The notes beneath the pieces were generated by a model that ran no database searches, was not told the DNA's origin, and saw nothing but the letters and a program-made list of their open reading frames with translations. 59,462 nt of DNA from a virus (taxonomy: Duplodnaviria; Caudoviricetes), in the IMG/VR virus record IMGVR_UViG_3300042197_001662, positions 1-59,462 of that record; one strand, given 5' to 3'. A program made the position numbers and the translations under genes. Positions 25,487 through 34,980 of the stretch are shown one piece after another (the first letter of the stretch is position 1; each line of letters begins with the position of its first letter).

Positions 25487-25759
25487 CTACTCTAGCAGAT
25501 CTCCAAGCTCGCGGGCAGCGCACAATTCGGCAAGGACCGTCCCACCCTCGGGAAACCCCAACGTGCAGCGGTGGTACCAGTGCACGCACCGCCGGCATAC
25601 GCCGCCATCCTCCAGCGGCTTGTACTTCTCCAACATTGTCTGCAGTCGGCGCTCCTCTTTTCCTGCATCACTGGCGCGATAACAGGTGAAGCACTCCACG
25701 GCATTTGTAGTCGCCCGGCCACAGGTAATACACGGCCGGCTGTTGATTGGGATGCCCAT
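25487..25759 (-). CDS. Cys-rich Zn-finger protein
   Basis: CITC, CFTC, CRRC...C...C. Confidence 0.65.
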   Translation of the reverse strand: MGIPINSRPCITCGRATTNAVECFTCYRASDAGKEERRLQTMLEKYKPLEDGGVCRRCVHWYHRCTLGFPEGGTVLAELCAARELGDLLE

Positions 25760-25968
25760 CAGAAAAACTTGATTCGTAAAAATCCAGATAATCGTTTCAG
25801 CTTCCCGGTGCGTGTGTGCTGCGCCGCCCCATCGGGCAACTCAACCTCGACTGTGAAGACTTTGTGCCCGCACGCCGGACACTCTCGCTGGCGCAGAACC
25901 GACTCCGCGGTATCCCGGCAACTCCGCGCCACACCCATCCGCTCAAAATCACACCTGCTGCAGCGCAT
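25759..25968 (-). CDS. NrdR-like N-terminal Zn-ribbon protein
   Basis: MRCSRC....V..S......VLRQRECPACGHKVFTVE; no ATP-cone. Confidence 0.75.
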   Translation of the reverse strand: MRCSRCDFERMGVARSCRDTAESVLRQRECPACGHKVFTVEVELPDGAAQHTRTGKLKRLSGFLRIKFF

Positions 25969-26297
25969 CAGATGATCGTCTTGGTCTGATGGTTTGGATC
26001 CGACTCATCCAAGTGACACTCCGGCCCAAAACCAGTGGCTAGTAGCTCATCGGTTAGCGCCAAAGCAGGTTGTGGATCATCAACCACCATTTCATTAACG
26101 TCAAAACTCTTTAACCACTCTCGAAACTGATCGCCAGTCGGTGTTTTAGCCGGCCAACCCACAAACTTCAGCAGTTGTTTTTGCTCACGGAACGCCATGC
26201 TGACGTGAGGCTTCCACGCAATAAATAACGCCCCATTCCAACGATCCCACTGGCGCACAACAATCAAACCCGGTACCTGGAACGAACTCGTTTTCAT
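25968..26297 (-). CDS. Hypothetical protein
   Basis: 109 aa, coupled. Confidence 0.6.
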   Translation of the reverse strand: MKTSSFQVPGLIVVRQWDRWNGALFIAWKPHVSMAFREQKQLLKFVGWPAKTPTGDQFREWLKSFDVNEMVVDDPQPALALTDELLATGFGPECHLDESDPNHQTKTII

Positions 26298-26465
26298 TGT
26301 TAGAGGTAGATGTTGGCCCAGGTAATCAACTCTTTCCGGTTGAACGGTCCAGCTGGCTCACCATCCGGCAACTTGACCGTGTACGTCGGCATGTCGTGGG
26401 GCTGCTTCTCAACCCACCCACCTTTCCGGTGCACGGCATACGTCACCAACTTGATCGTGCGAAAC

Positions 26466-26825
26466 CTAGTCGGCATCGGGCAGTGCCTCCAGTGCACGGC
26501 AAATAGTGGCCTTGTCAACGATTGGATCGGAACACAGTGATCCGCTGTTCAACCGAGCAAGTGCAGCCAATGCCTTTTCCTTCAAACTTGGCGACTTAGG
26601 GCGGCGGGCGGCGCGGATTTTGTTGGCAATGGCTCGGGTGCTGTAAAAACTTACGTCAGCTAAGCACGCCTCCAACTCCTGATCAGCGCCCCAGCGGGCG
26701 GCTTGGATACAAAGCAGTTGTTCGCGCTGAGGAAATTTGTAACCGTCGAATACACCAGAGGGTAATGCTGTTCTCCACTCTTGCATCAGCTCCGGCGGCG
26801 GGGTAATCGGGTGTTGTTCAGTCAT
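26466..26825 (-). CDS. Hypothetical phage protein
   Basis: HPITPPPEL..W..AARWGADQELEAC..RAARRPK.PSLKE. Confidence 0.65.
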   Translation of the reverse strand: MTEQHPITPPPELMQEWRTALPSGVFDGYKFPQREQLLCIQAARWGADQELEACLADVSFYSTRAIANKIRAARRPKSPSLKEKALAALARLNSGSLCSDPIVDKATICRALEALPDAD

Positions 26826-27081
26826 GGCGATAAGGCTCCGTAGCCAACGTGTTAATCAACCGGTTCAAGTACCAGCGACATTTTTCCGCATCTTCCAGCG
26901 GATCTTTTTTCAACCACATCCGGCTGAGATACTTCAGGCACTGCCACTGGAGCGCACCAGTCACAGCATCTGGAGCGTGCTGTACCCAGTCCTCCAGTAC
27001 CTCAATAACCTCCATCTTTCCGGAGGTGTAGTGAGACGGATGATTAACAACATCCGTTACGTCAACTTGAAATTCGTTCAT
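26818..27081 (-). CDS. DUF3310-family protein
   Basis: DVVNHPSHYT.G..EVIE...KYL.R...K..LED.EK.RWYL. Confidence 0.85.
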   Translation of the reverse strand: MNEFQVDVTDVVNHPSHYTSGKMEVIEVLEDWVQHAPDAVTGALQWQCLKYLSRMWLKKDPLEDAEKCRWYLNRLINTLATEPYRHD

Positions 27082-27590
27082 CCTTTAGAAGCCTGTACTT
27101 GGGTGTCGCCGTAATAACGGCCAGTCTTTGAATAGTCCTTGCTCGGCAGCAATGTCAGCGTGTGGAACACAATCTGCCCAATCCGCATCCCAGGCCACAA
27201 CGGCACCGCGTGCATGGATCGAGCGTTCTGCAATTCCAGCGTGAGCCTGCCGGCGTAACCGGGATCGACGTACCCCGCAAGGAGATGCTCGATCCCTTCA
27301 CGCGCCCGGCTGGATTTGAGCGCCAGCTGCCCAGCAATACAGTCAGGCAGCCGGAACTCCTCCAACGTCTCCGCCAGCACGAACTCATGCGGCTGGAGCA
27401 TGAACGGTTCTTCCTCCGTGTGCCCTGCAATGGAGCGGTGGACTAACTGGTAGGTCAACGGCGACTCCACCAGCAAGTTCTCGCCGAGTCTCACATCGAG
27501 ACTTGCGGGATTCACCAACTCCACCTGGAACGGCGTCACGAGATCACGCCGCGCCAACGCAAAGATGTCAACGTCCGAAAGAACCGCCAC
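27078..27590 (-). CDS. dcd: dCTP deaminase
   Basis: LSD, VNPASLDVRLG, KSSRAREG, AGYVDPGYAGRLTLEL, GMRIGQ, GRY; GTG 27590. Confidence 0.9.
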   Translation of the reverse strand: MAVLSDVDIFALARRDLVTPFQVELVNPASLDVRLGENLLVESPLTYQLVHRSIAGHTEEEPFMLQPHEFVLAETLEEFRLPDCIAGQLALKSSRAREGIEHLLAGYVDPGYAGRLTLELQNARSMHAVPLWPGMRIGQIVFHTLTLLPSKDYSKTGRYYGDTQVQASKG

Positions 27591-27592
27591 CG

Positions 27593-27988
27593 TCAGATCA
27601 CCACCGTGGTCGGCTGATCCTGCTGGAGCGACACATGTTTCCAGGTCTTGCCCCACTTGATGCAGTTGATCGTGGTGCTGTGCACGCCAAACTCACGCGC
27701 AATCTTGGCCACCGACTTACCGCCAGCCTGCAACTGGCGCTTGATCTCCAGCACCTTCTTCTCCGTCAACGCCGCCCGCGTCTTGCGGCTGGACTTACGA
27801 GTCTTACTTTGAGACTGGCGTACGGACTTTGTACGGACAATTTCCTCGCCGGCGGGCAGCGGGATGGTCTGCTGGGGCTTGTTCAGGTCGATCTCAACGT
27901 GCTGGGCAGCGTTGATAGCAACGAAGGCTTGCTCCAGGGCAGTGGTGATCTGCTGGAACTGCTGGTCAGAAAGAATGTGCATGTTCAT
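27593..27988 (-). CDS. HTH DNA-binding protein
   Basis: LTEKKVLEIK...SVAKIAREFGVHSTTINCIKWGKTWKH. Confidence 0.75.
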   Translation of the reverse strand: MNMHILSDQQFQQITTALEQAFVAINAAQHVEIDLNKPQQTIPLPAGEEIVRTKSVRQSQSKTRKSSRKTRAALTEKKVLEIKRQLQAGGKSVAKIAREFGVHSTTINCIKWGKTWKHVSLQQDQPTTVVI

Positions 27989-28100
27989 AGGTCGAACGGG
28001 TTGAAATGTAACACAAGAAAGCCCTAGTGCAGGGCAGTACCGATGTAGAGGATGCCAATAGCAACGGCTGTAAAGACGCAGACGGCGAGGGTGAAGACAG

Positions 28101-28361
28101 TCATCGGTTCTTCAGGGCTATCTCGATAGCAGCCTGAAAGTAGCGGGCAATTTTCATGCGCCGATACTCGGTGCTGGCCTCCTCACTGTTCTTGTCCTCC
28201 ATCTGCTGGTGCTTCTCCATGGCTTCCTGGAGCGCCGCCCGTGTCTCCACGTTCAGCAACTCCAGATCACGAAGCGGCATATCGGCAATGCCGTCAAGGT
28301 GGACGGTCTTACCCAGCAAAAACGAGCGGTAAAACGGAGTGATCGAAGTGTCAGTCATCAA
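28101..28361 (-). CDS. Hypothetical protein
   Basis: 86 aa, coupled. Confidence 0.55.
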   Translation of the reverse strand: MMTDTSITPFYRSFLLGKTVHLDGIADMPLRDLELLNVETRAALQEAMEKHQQMEDKNSEEASTEYRRMKIARYFQAAIEIALKNR

Positions 28362-28546
28362 GCGAAGTAGCGTTTACGTTGTTCCTCGACCCAAGCGTCG
28401 TATTCCGCTGGGTCACTGAAGCGATGCCTGAAGACCTCAGGCACCACAGTGCTGGAGCGTAACGGCTGGCGGCGTATCTGGGCGAGATCGCTCCAGCTGT
28501 AACCGCGTGATTCCCGGTAATACCGGTCATAGGAGTCTGTGTTCAT
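28358..28546 (-). CDS. Hypothetical protein
   Basis: 62 aa, coupled. Confidence 0.55.
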   Translation of the reverse strand: MNTDSYDRYYRESRGYSWSDLAQIRRQPLRSSTVVPEVFRHRFSDPAEYDAWVEEQRKRYFA

Positions 28547-28869
28547 GCAAAAAATCGGGGATCTTGCTGCCTCACCGAGATGAGACCACTGAGACGCAAC
28601 TTGAGAATCTCGTAGATGGCCAGTTCGGCGAGGCGGCTGGAGCAGATGGTGTCGCTGGTGGCGAACACGTAGATGAGGTGGCGGTAAAGCTGGGTCAAAG
28701 TTTGGATCTTGACCCAGTGGGTATCGCCGGGGATCGGTTCGGTGCCGTATTCCCAGTCGTCGTAGTCCGGGGCGTTACGAAGCTCGCGGGCTTCAGTCGT
28801 ACCAATCGCTCTGGTCGATTGGTGCCCAGTCGTCGACGCGCTGGGAGAGGAGTTCTCGGAATCCGGCAT
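28543..28869 (-). CDS. Hypothetical protein with DYDDWEYGTEPIPGD motif
   Basis: Motif shared with 17316..17501. Confidence 0.6.
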   Translation of the reverse strand: MPDSENSSPSASTTGHQSTRAIGTTEARELRNAPDYDDWEYGTEPIPGDTHWVKIQTLTQLYRHLIYVFATSDTICSSRLAELAIYEILKLRLSGLISVRQQDPRFFA

Positions 28870-29101
28870 CGCTGGAAGGGATCACATCCTCTTCGTGAAG
28901 CTCGAAGGAGCCTCGGCACAAGGCAGGCCCCCACTCTGCTGGCTCGAAATAACTTTGCGAGCGCACCAGGACAGCATCATCAACAAGGGCATCGACAACG
29001 ATGCGGCGGCCGCCGTCTTCAAAGCTAATGGAGTCAATTTCAAGTACCTGGCTCACTGGGCCTCCGTAGCAGTTAAGCGCGTTTCGATGTTGTCCATCCA
29101 C
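28793..29101 (-). CDS. Hypothetical acidic protein (start uncertain)
   Basis: EPAEWGPALC; part of operon. Confidence 0.55.
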   Translation of the reverse strand: MDGQHRNALNCYGGPVSQVLEIDSISFEDGGRRIVVDALVDDAVLVRSQSYFEPAEWGPALCRGSFELHEEDVIPSSDAGFRELLSQRVDDWAPIDQSDWYD

Positions 29102-29370
29102 TGATCCCAGCTCAGCTTCAAGAACATTTCCAAGTCCTGGAGCTGCTCCAGCTGGCGCATGTCGTAGGTGGGGTCCAGGCCAGCCGCTTCGATGTCAGCG
29201 ATCTTCTGCTGGAGCCCGATCACGGTCCAGTGGACGGCGAAATACCAGGGGCTGAGCTTGTGGTTATCGACTGGAGTTTGAGTAAAGGCTTCCATTTGTA
29301 ATAAAGAAACAGGGCAGCCCACGTGGTGTGAGCTGCCCTTAGTGTTACAGACGAATGGCAGGGGTGTCAA
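29053..29370 (-). CDS. Hypothetical protein (likely starts at internal MEAFT)
   Basis: DNHKLSPWYFAV..; part of operon. Confidence 0.5.
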   Translation of the reverse strand: MTPLPFVCNTKGSSHHVGCPVSLLQMEAFTQTPVDNHKLSPWYFAVHWTVIGLQQKIADIEAAGLDPTYDMRQLEQLQDLEMFLKLSWDQWMDNIETRLTATEAQ

Positions 29371-29373
29371 GCC

Positions 29374-29718
29374 CTAGGTCGGAACCCCGAGGTCTTCCGG
29401 CTGGTACTGGGTCAGCACGCAGACGTCAGCCCCCTGTGTCAAGGCAGTTTGCACGATGTAGTGGAACTGCGCCTGGGCATCCGGGCACTCCTCGATCTGA
29501 TACTCCTCCACCTCGTAGGTCATGCCGCGGCGGTACCAGGCAACCCGGATCACCGCCAGCAGCTCGAACGGGATGTCGCCCACCGTGTAGCCCAGGGTGG
29601 GCTTCCTGGGACGCTTCGGCGGCGCTGGTTCCGGCTTAGCCACAGGTTCCCTCCAGATCAGCCACGCGGCAGCCCGCATGAGCCCTAGGAAAAATTTAGG
29701 TACGGCGGAATTAGCCAT
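29374..29718 (-). CDS. Hypothetical protein
   Basis: 114 aa. Confidence 0.55.
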   Translation of the reverse strand: MANSAVPKFFLGLMRAAAWLIWREPVAKPEPAPPKRPRKPTLGYTVGDIPFELLAVIRVAWYRRGMTYEVEEYQIEECPDAQAQFHYIVQTALTQGADVCVLTQYQPEDLGVPT

Positions 29719-29938
29719 TAACGAGATCTAGGGATGGATCTGCGAACGAGTCCAGAACCTGCTCAATCTCTTCCGGTTTCCAGTGATCCGTAAATCTTTT
29801 GAAGGCGTCCCAAGTGAGACGCTCAACAAGATTGGAAACAGACCGCCGATCTTGGGTCGCCAAGTAGCGAAGGCAGGCGGCGGTCTTGGGGTTGAGAGAG
29901 ACAGTTGTGCGGGGCATAAAAGTTATGCGGGACTGCAC
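29711..29938 (-). CDS. Ribbon-helix-helix (Arc/CopG-like) protein
   Basis: RTTVSL......LRYLA..DRRSVSNLVERL. Confidence 0.7.
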   Translation of the reverse strand: MQSRITFMPRTTVSLNPKTAACLRYLATQDRRSVSNLVERLTWDAFKRFTDHWKPEEIEQVLDSFADPSLDLVNG

Positions 29939-29950
29939 AAGCCTACATAA

Positions 29951-32377
29951 CTATTCCCACATTTGGGCGGCCTCAGCCATGAGTTGCTCCAGCTCCTGGG
30001 ACGAACGCCGGTCCTCTCGCGTGAAGATAACGGTGTCCAGCTGTCCCAAATCGTCAAAAGCGTTGTCCTGCAACGGATCTGCCTGATTTGGTTGTCCCAT
30101 TTTGTCCCGTTTTGTCCCAACTTGTCCTCTTGCCGTCTCGGAAGCAGGTTTGGGACAACTTGGGACAAACTGGGACAAATCAGGACAACCGGTTTCGTCA
30201 GAATCCGCTCCAGCACTGGATTCTTCTTCTTTGGGACAGGTTGTACCTCCTCCCCCCCTGCGCGCGAGAACTGCTGAGTACCTCTTGCTGGAACGATCCC
30301 CCTCAACAGCAACCAAACCTCGGTCGATCAAACGCTGGAGCGATTTCGCAATGGCGCTGACGCTGCCACCCAGCAGTGGATCAGCGTTCAATTCCGCCTT
30401 GGTCATCGGCGTGCCCTTGGTACGCAGCCGCTGGAGCACCCGGTCGATGATCGACGCGGGACTGGCGGAATCAACGCCTTCCGCAGGTGGCAGGTCCTGG
30501 AGCGAAAAGGTCAGGTCATCCTTCTGGCGCAGGATCAGCTGCTTGCCTTCGTTGCCTTCACGGCTCTTGCCGATGGTGATAAGCCGCGCAGAGGCCCCCA
30601 CATGCTCCAGCTCGGCCTTTTCTGGGCGCTTGATAGCCCAAGACTCATCCACAGCGTCCTGGAGCGCCGAGGTGCCCCTGAAGTCGCCACTCTTGGCCGC
30701 GTGGTGGATAAAGACGATGGTGGTAGCCGGGAAGCTTTCACCGTTTTCGGCGCTGTACCAGTAGATCGGCTCGGCATACTCCGCCTTGTTCTGGTCGTAA
30801 GCGCAGCCCCGCATACAGGCCGTCACCGAATCCCAGACCACCAGCTTGGGGCGATGCTCCTCGATCTGCTGGATAAACCACGGATACCAAAGCATCGAAA
30901 CCTTGTTCTGAACCACCACTGGGTCGTCAGCGGTGAAATCCAGATCCTTGAACTGCTTACGCATCCGACGGCTGTTTTGATCGCCGTTAAGCCAGAGCAC
31001 CTTGCCCTGTTCAACTGGTACTTCAGCACCACGCACGGAGAACGGAATACCACGAGCGATGTGTTTCGCCAGCGTCAACACCGCCATGGTTTTGCCGCAA
31101 CCACCCCGCCCGTGGATCAACACGGTGCCGGGTTTCGGCAGCAGATCGGGAATCAAGTATTCGATCGGCGCATCCTCCAGGGCAAAAATTTCCTGCAGGC
31201 TGCCTCCTTGGGATCCACGGCGATACTCCTGGTCCGCAATCAGCAGCCGCACAACAGCCGCCGCCTCCCGATAACCAGCCTCCAGAGCGATCTCATGGAG
31301 TTTGTGCTGCACTTCTGAGGGATTCGGCAGCGCCATCGCATCGGTGGCACGCTTGACGATCTCTTCGTGCGAAAGACCAGTGGTGCGAAACCGCTGCACC
31401 CGGTCTTGCTCAGCACTATCAACAACCTTCCGCAGATCCTCCGACAGCCACAACCGCCCAGGCATCTGCTGGTCCGCCATCCAGAACAGCGTCCCAAGGC
31501 TCACCGGCCCCTTCCGAAAACTCTTCCACGCGGCTTCGCAAGGATTGCCTTCAGCCCAATCCTGTGAAAATTCGGGGTCTTCCGCAGACCAAGCCGACCA
31601 CAGCGTCAAACCAAGGTCAGTCGGCAGCTCCGAGTGGATCGCCATCCCCACCTTCACCCAGTGATCCCGGCTGCCAGCGCCTTGCCCCGGAATCACCTTC
31701 AAGGCGGACTGGATAATCTCAGCCACCTCAGCCGGGTCTCGATCCGAGAAATCCAGTGCCTTGCGGTTCCTAATGAAGCCGGCATCCTCCACACCTTTAC
31801 CGGCACGCTCCTTCATCTCAGCGATCAGCCAATCCGGCGCCTCTGGAATCGCGTCCAGATCGCCCTCAAAGCCATACATGCCCGCCGGAGCCTTCCCATC
31901 ACTGGAACCCGGATAAGCCCCGTAGAGGACCCCCTGACGGCCCCAGAGCACCTCATAACCCGATCCTGTATCCGACAGGCCGAAGCCCTGCACAGAGCCC
32001 CACAGAGCCTCTGGAACGCGAAACAGATACTTCGCCGCGTTCGCCTTGGTGGAAGTAATAACTGGAGCCCCCTCCAGCGATTCCCCCCACTTCTTTTTGA
32101 GACGACTGAGATTCCGATCCACATCGAGAATCACGAGTCCCCTACTGCGACCGCCAGTAAAAACACCGACGGCCTGGAACACATCCGGCTTCCGCTCGAT
32201 CTGGAGCGCCACATCTGCCGGCGTCATCACGTTGTCGTGACTGTGCTTTGTGGGCGTCTTGCCTTTACTGACTGAGCCTGAGGGCAGCATCTCGCCCTTG
32301 GCGTAAATCGGGGCATACGCAAACCCAACAGGCAGCTGGCGCACAAATGCCAGCAGCTCTTGCGTCTTATGCGACAC
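29951..32377 (-). CDS. Primase-helicase: Prim-Pol domain, PriCT-2, RepA-like AAA ATPase, C-terminal wHTH
   Basis: LVILDVD; WVKVGMAIH..W..WS; Walker A GRGGCGKT; Walker B LVVWDS; IHH..K..RGTSAL..AVD. Confidence 0.9.
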   Translation of the reverse strand: MSHKTQELLAFVRQLPVGFAYAPIYAKGEMLPSGSVSKGKTPTKHSHDNVMTPADVALQIERKPDVFQAVGVFTGGRSRGLVILDVDRNLSRLKKKWGESLEGAPVITSTKANAAKYLFRVPEALWGSVQGFGLSDTGSGYEVLWGRQGVLYGAYPGSSDGKAPAGMYGFEGDLDAIPEAPDWLIAEMKERAGKGVEDAGFIRNRKALDFSDRDPAEVAEIIQSALKVIPGQGAGSRDHWVKVGMAIHSELPTDLGLTLWSAWSAEDPEFSQDWAEGNPCEAAWKSFRKGPVSLGTLFWMADQQMPGRLWLSEDLRKVVDSAEQDRVQRFRTTGLSHEEIVKRATDAMALPNPSEVQHKLHEIALEAGYREAAAVVRLLIADQEYRRGSQGGSLQEIFALEDAPIEYLIPDLLPKPGTVLIHGRGGCGKTMAVLTLAKHIARGIPFSVRGAEVPVEQGKVLWLNGDQNSRRMRKQFKDLDFTADDPVVVQNKVSMLWYPWFIQQIEEHRPKLVVWDSVTACMRGCAYDQNKAEYAEPIYWYSAENGESFPATTIVFIHHAAKSGDFRGTSALQDAVDESWAIKRPEKAELEHVGASARLITIGKSREGNEGKQLILRQKDDLTFSLQDLPPAEGVDSASPASIIDRVLQRLRTKGTPMTKAELNADPLLGGSVSAIAKSLQRLIDRGLVAVEGDRSSKRYSAVLARRGGGGTTCPKEEESSAGADSDETGCPDLSQFVPSCPKPASETARGQVGTKRDKMGQPNQADPLQDNAFDDLGQLDTVIFTREDRRSSQELEQLMAEAAQMWE
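30092..30188. repeat. Phased inverted iteron-like array, candidate replication origin
   Basis: TTGTCC at 30092, 30102, 30112, 30122 facing GGACAA at 30153, 30163, 30173, 30183. Confidence 0.85.
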
Positions 32378-32523
32378 GTTGTTAGACTCCTACAGGAATG
32401 TTTACTCCGCGCCCTGGCTGCCGTACGCAGCTGGGGCGTTTTACTAGGCTAGCCATCCCGTCAAGAACGTGTTAGTGTCATACACGTTGCCCACGGGCGA
32501 CCATCCAAAACCGAGAAACCTCA

Positions 32524-33105
32524 ATGGGATTCCTCTCTAAATCCGCCTCCGCCAGCGTCAACAGCAGCAACAGCGGCGGCGGTTACCTCAGCCTCAGCAA
32601 GCTCCCCGACGGCGGCTCCGTCCGTTTCGCGCTGCTCTCCGACGAACCGCTTGAGTTCTACGAGAGCTGGGGCACCGCCAACGGCGCCTCCAAGCCCTTC
32701 CGCTTCGACTTTGAGCCCACCTACGAGGACGTGGTGGCTGAGATGGGCGAGTTCGAGCCCCGCGAAGGCCGCGGCGGCCCCGGCACCGCCGACGTCAAAT
32801 TCGCCATCGCCGTCCCCGTCTACAACTACGAGTCGGGCAAAGTCCAAGTCCTGCAGATCACCCAGAAGTCCGTCCTCAAGGAACTGGATCAGGTGTCCCA
32901 GATGGAGGACTACGAGAACCTGCTGGAGTGGGACTTCACCGTCAGCAAAAAAGGCTCCGGCCTGCTGACTGAGTACACCCTCCGCCCGGTCCCCCGCAAG
33001 AAGGGCAGCCAAGAGCACATCGACGCCGCCTGGCTGGAAGCCAAATCCGAAGGCTTCGACATCAGCCGCCTACTGACTGGAGCCAACCCTTTCAAGGCTG
33101 CCTGA
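32524..33105 (+). CDS. Putative single-stranded DNA-binding/annealing protein
   Basis: Beta-rich with aromatic residues, strong codon bias, between primase and exonuclease, ends NPF; function inferred from context. Confidence 0.6.
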   Translation: MGFLSKSASASVNSSNSGGGYLSLSKLPDGGSVRFALLSDEPLEFYESWGTANGASKPFRFDFEPTYEDVVAEMGEFEPREGRGGPGTADVKFAIAVPVYNYESGKVQVLQITQKSVLKELDQVSQMEDYENLLEWDFTVSKKGSGLLTEYTLRPVPRKKGSQEHIDAAWLEAKSEGFDISRLLTGANPFKAA

Positions 33106-33123
33106 ACGCCACTAAATAACACC

Positions 33124-33149
33124 GCCCCGCCATAGCGCGGGGCTTTTTT
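33124..33149 (+). terminator. Rho-independent terminator
   Basis: GCCCCGC-CATAGC-GCGGGGC-TTTTTT. Confidence 0.85.
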
Positions 33150-33182
33150 AGTGGTATTATCAAATTGGGAAAGAATAACTAA

Positions 33183-34022
33183 ATGCCTTCCAACACCCAA
33201 GACACCCTGGCAGAACTACGGAAATGGCGACTGGAGCGTGATGACACCGGCCCCTTCCGCGTCTACCGGGACATCAAGGGCAACATTTACCATAGTGTTA
33301 CACACATCCTAAAGGAGACCAGCGACAAAACCGGCCTGGAGCGCTGGGCCGCCCGCTTGGGACCCGTAGAAGCTACCCAACAGCGCAATGTTGCCGCCAC
33401 CCGAGGCAACATGGCCCACAACCAAGCGGAATATTTGCTCAAAACTGCCCAACAGCTGGCGCGTTCCACCGCAAATAAGCGCAACTCCATCCGCTGGGAC
33501 GATCAAGGGCTGGCGCGCATCCCAATCCCGATCACCCAGTGGGCACTCAACCGGGTCCGCCCCAATGTTCCCCGTGTTGGCTGGAGCGCATCAGGCTATG
33601 CCCGCGGTTTATCTGACTGGATCGCCGAGAACGTCACCGAAATTTTCGCCAGCGAATTTTCCATTCACCACCCCGCCGGCTTCGCTGGAACAGCAGACGC
33701 TTTACTCACCATAAAAGGTAAGCAAGGCATCTATGTTTGCGACTGGAAAACTAGCGTGGGACGCAAAACCGACTGCGACGATAGGCTTCCCAAAGGCCAT
33801 TCATACATTGACCAGTGTGGAGCCTATTCACTGGGACTTAAATATTTGACCGGCCTCCAACCTGCTGGGGCAGCCATCATTTTGGCCCGCCGCTGTGGCA
33901 CACCCAACGTTCATTTTATGAATGAAGATGAACTAATCGAAGCTGAAGATTCATATCTGGCACGCGTTGCCAGTTACTTTGAGAACCTGGAGCTTACAAA
34001 TCCCATTCAAGTCTCAGGCTGA
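33183..34022 (+). CDS. PD-(D/E)xK exonuclease
   Basis: YHSVTHIL, RG...H, FAGTAD, DWKTS, Q..AY. Confidence 0.85.
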   Translation: MPSNTQDTLAELRKWRLERDDTGPFRVYRDIKGNIYHSVTHILKETSDKTGLERWAARLGPVEATQQRNVAATRGNMAHNQAEYLLKTAQQLARSTANKRNSIRWDDQGLARIPIPITQWALNRVRPNVPRVGWSASGYARGLSDWIAENVTEIFASEFSIHHPAGFAGTADALLTIKGKQGIYVCDWKTSVGRKTDCDDRLPKGHSYIDQCGAYSLGLKYLTGLQPAGAAIILARRCGTPNVHFMNEDELIEAEDSYLARVASYFENLELTNPIQVSG

Positions 34023-34096
34023 GACTTACTGGTACAATGGTTGCCTGAGCGTGGTTGGCGCCACCTCAGGCCGGACAACCTACCTAACAGGCCGTC

Positions 34097-34570
34097 ATGT
34101 CACAGTCTACATACCCTGCTGTTGAACTTCTCTGGGAGAAGTACAGCTACAACCCATTCACTGGAACGCTGCACAAGCGTAAAAGCGGCATTCAGGTAAA
34201 GGGCTTCAAGACGTCAAACCAGCGTGGCTGGTGCATTCATCTGACTTGGAACGGGAAGCGCATTCAGACAAGCTATGGCCGGGTTGTTTATGCCTGGTGC
34301 ACTGGCGTATGGCCCATTCATCAGATCGACCACATCAACCGCAACCCCCGGGATAACCGCATTCATAACTTGCGGGATGTAACTAACCGGGAGAACTGCC
34401 AGAACCGCGGCAACTTCGGCCACTGGCTGGAGCGCGAGCAGTGCTGGCAGGCCCGTATCCGGATTGGCGGGAAGCTTAAATACCTAGGCCGGCACAAGAC
34501 AAGGGAAGCCGCCCAACAAGCTTACCGGGAAGCCTGCCAAGCGTACGGGTTGCCAGTGCTGGAGCGTTAG
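34097..34570 (+). CDS. HNH endonuclease with C-terminal AP2 domain
   Basis: IDHINRNPRDNRIHNLR.VT..EN..N; WQARI..GK..YLG...T.EAA..AY. Confidence 0.9.
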   Translation: MSQSTYPAVELLWEKYSYNPFTGTLHKRKSGIQVKGFKTSNQRGWCIHLTWNGKRIQTSYGRVVYAWCTGVWPIHQIDHINRNPRDNRIHNLRDVTNRENCQNRGNFGHWLEREQCWQARIRIGGKLKYLGRHKTREAAQQAYREACQAYGLPVLER

Positions 34571-34980
34571 CCGGTGCGCTTGCGGGCCTTGCCGGCATCC
34601 GAGCGCGTCTTGCGGCTGGAGCCTGCGGCCGGCTTGCGGCGTGTTGCTGGCGCTGGTGCCGGATCATCGGTGCGCGTAAAAAGTCCCGCAATCTGTGGAA
34701 AAAGTTCTGCGGGTATGTCGGCGCCGCGGTTGACCCGCTGGCAGTCTCGCCAATACGGCACCAGTTCCCGCCAGAGCTGGAGCGGGCCTTCCTTGCCGTG
34801 GGCCTGCTGGAGCGTTAGCAGGTCTGCCCAATCGGTCGCCTTAACCGTGCTGCGCTCGATTGCCCAGCGCAGGTCGCGTAGCTGGCGCTTTTCGAGGCGC
34901 AGCTGTTCGCGCTCCGCTTCCCGCTGATCAACTGCAAGCTGTTTGCGCTCGCGGGTGGTGTTCCATTCTCCGCCGGTCAC
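34567..34980 (-). CDS. Hypothetical protein with basic RKTRSDAG tail
   Basis: GTG 34980 coupled to the upstream stop. Confidence 0.55.
   Translation of the reverse strand: MTGGEWNTTRERKQLAVDQREAEREQLRLEKRQLRDLRWAIERSTVKATDWADLLTLQQAHGKEGPLQLWRELVPYWRDCQRVNRGADIPAELFPQIAGLFTRTDDPAPAPATRRKPAAGSSRKTRSDAGKARKRTG

Noticed and set aside
30092-30188. CRISPR or mini-array
   Set aside because: Repeats are 6-8 nt with 10-bp period and invert halfway; no spacers and no cas genes
33183-34022. Cas4
   Set aside because: Lacks the four-Cys Fe-S pattern; replication context fits an ordinary phage exonuclease
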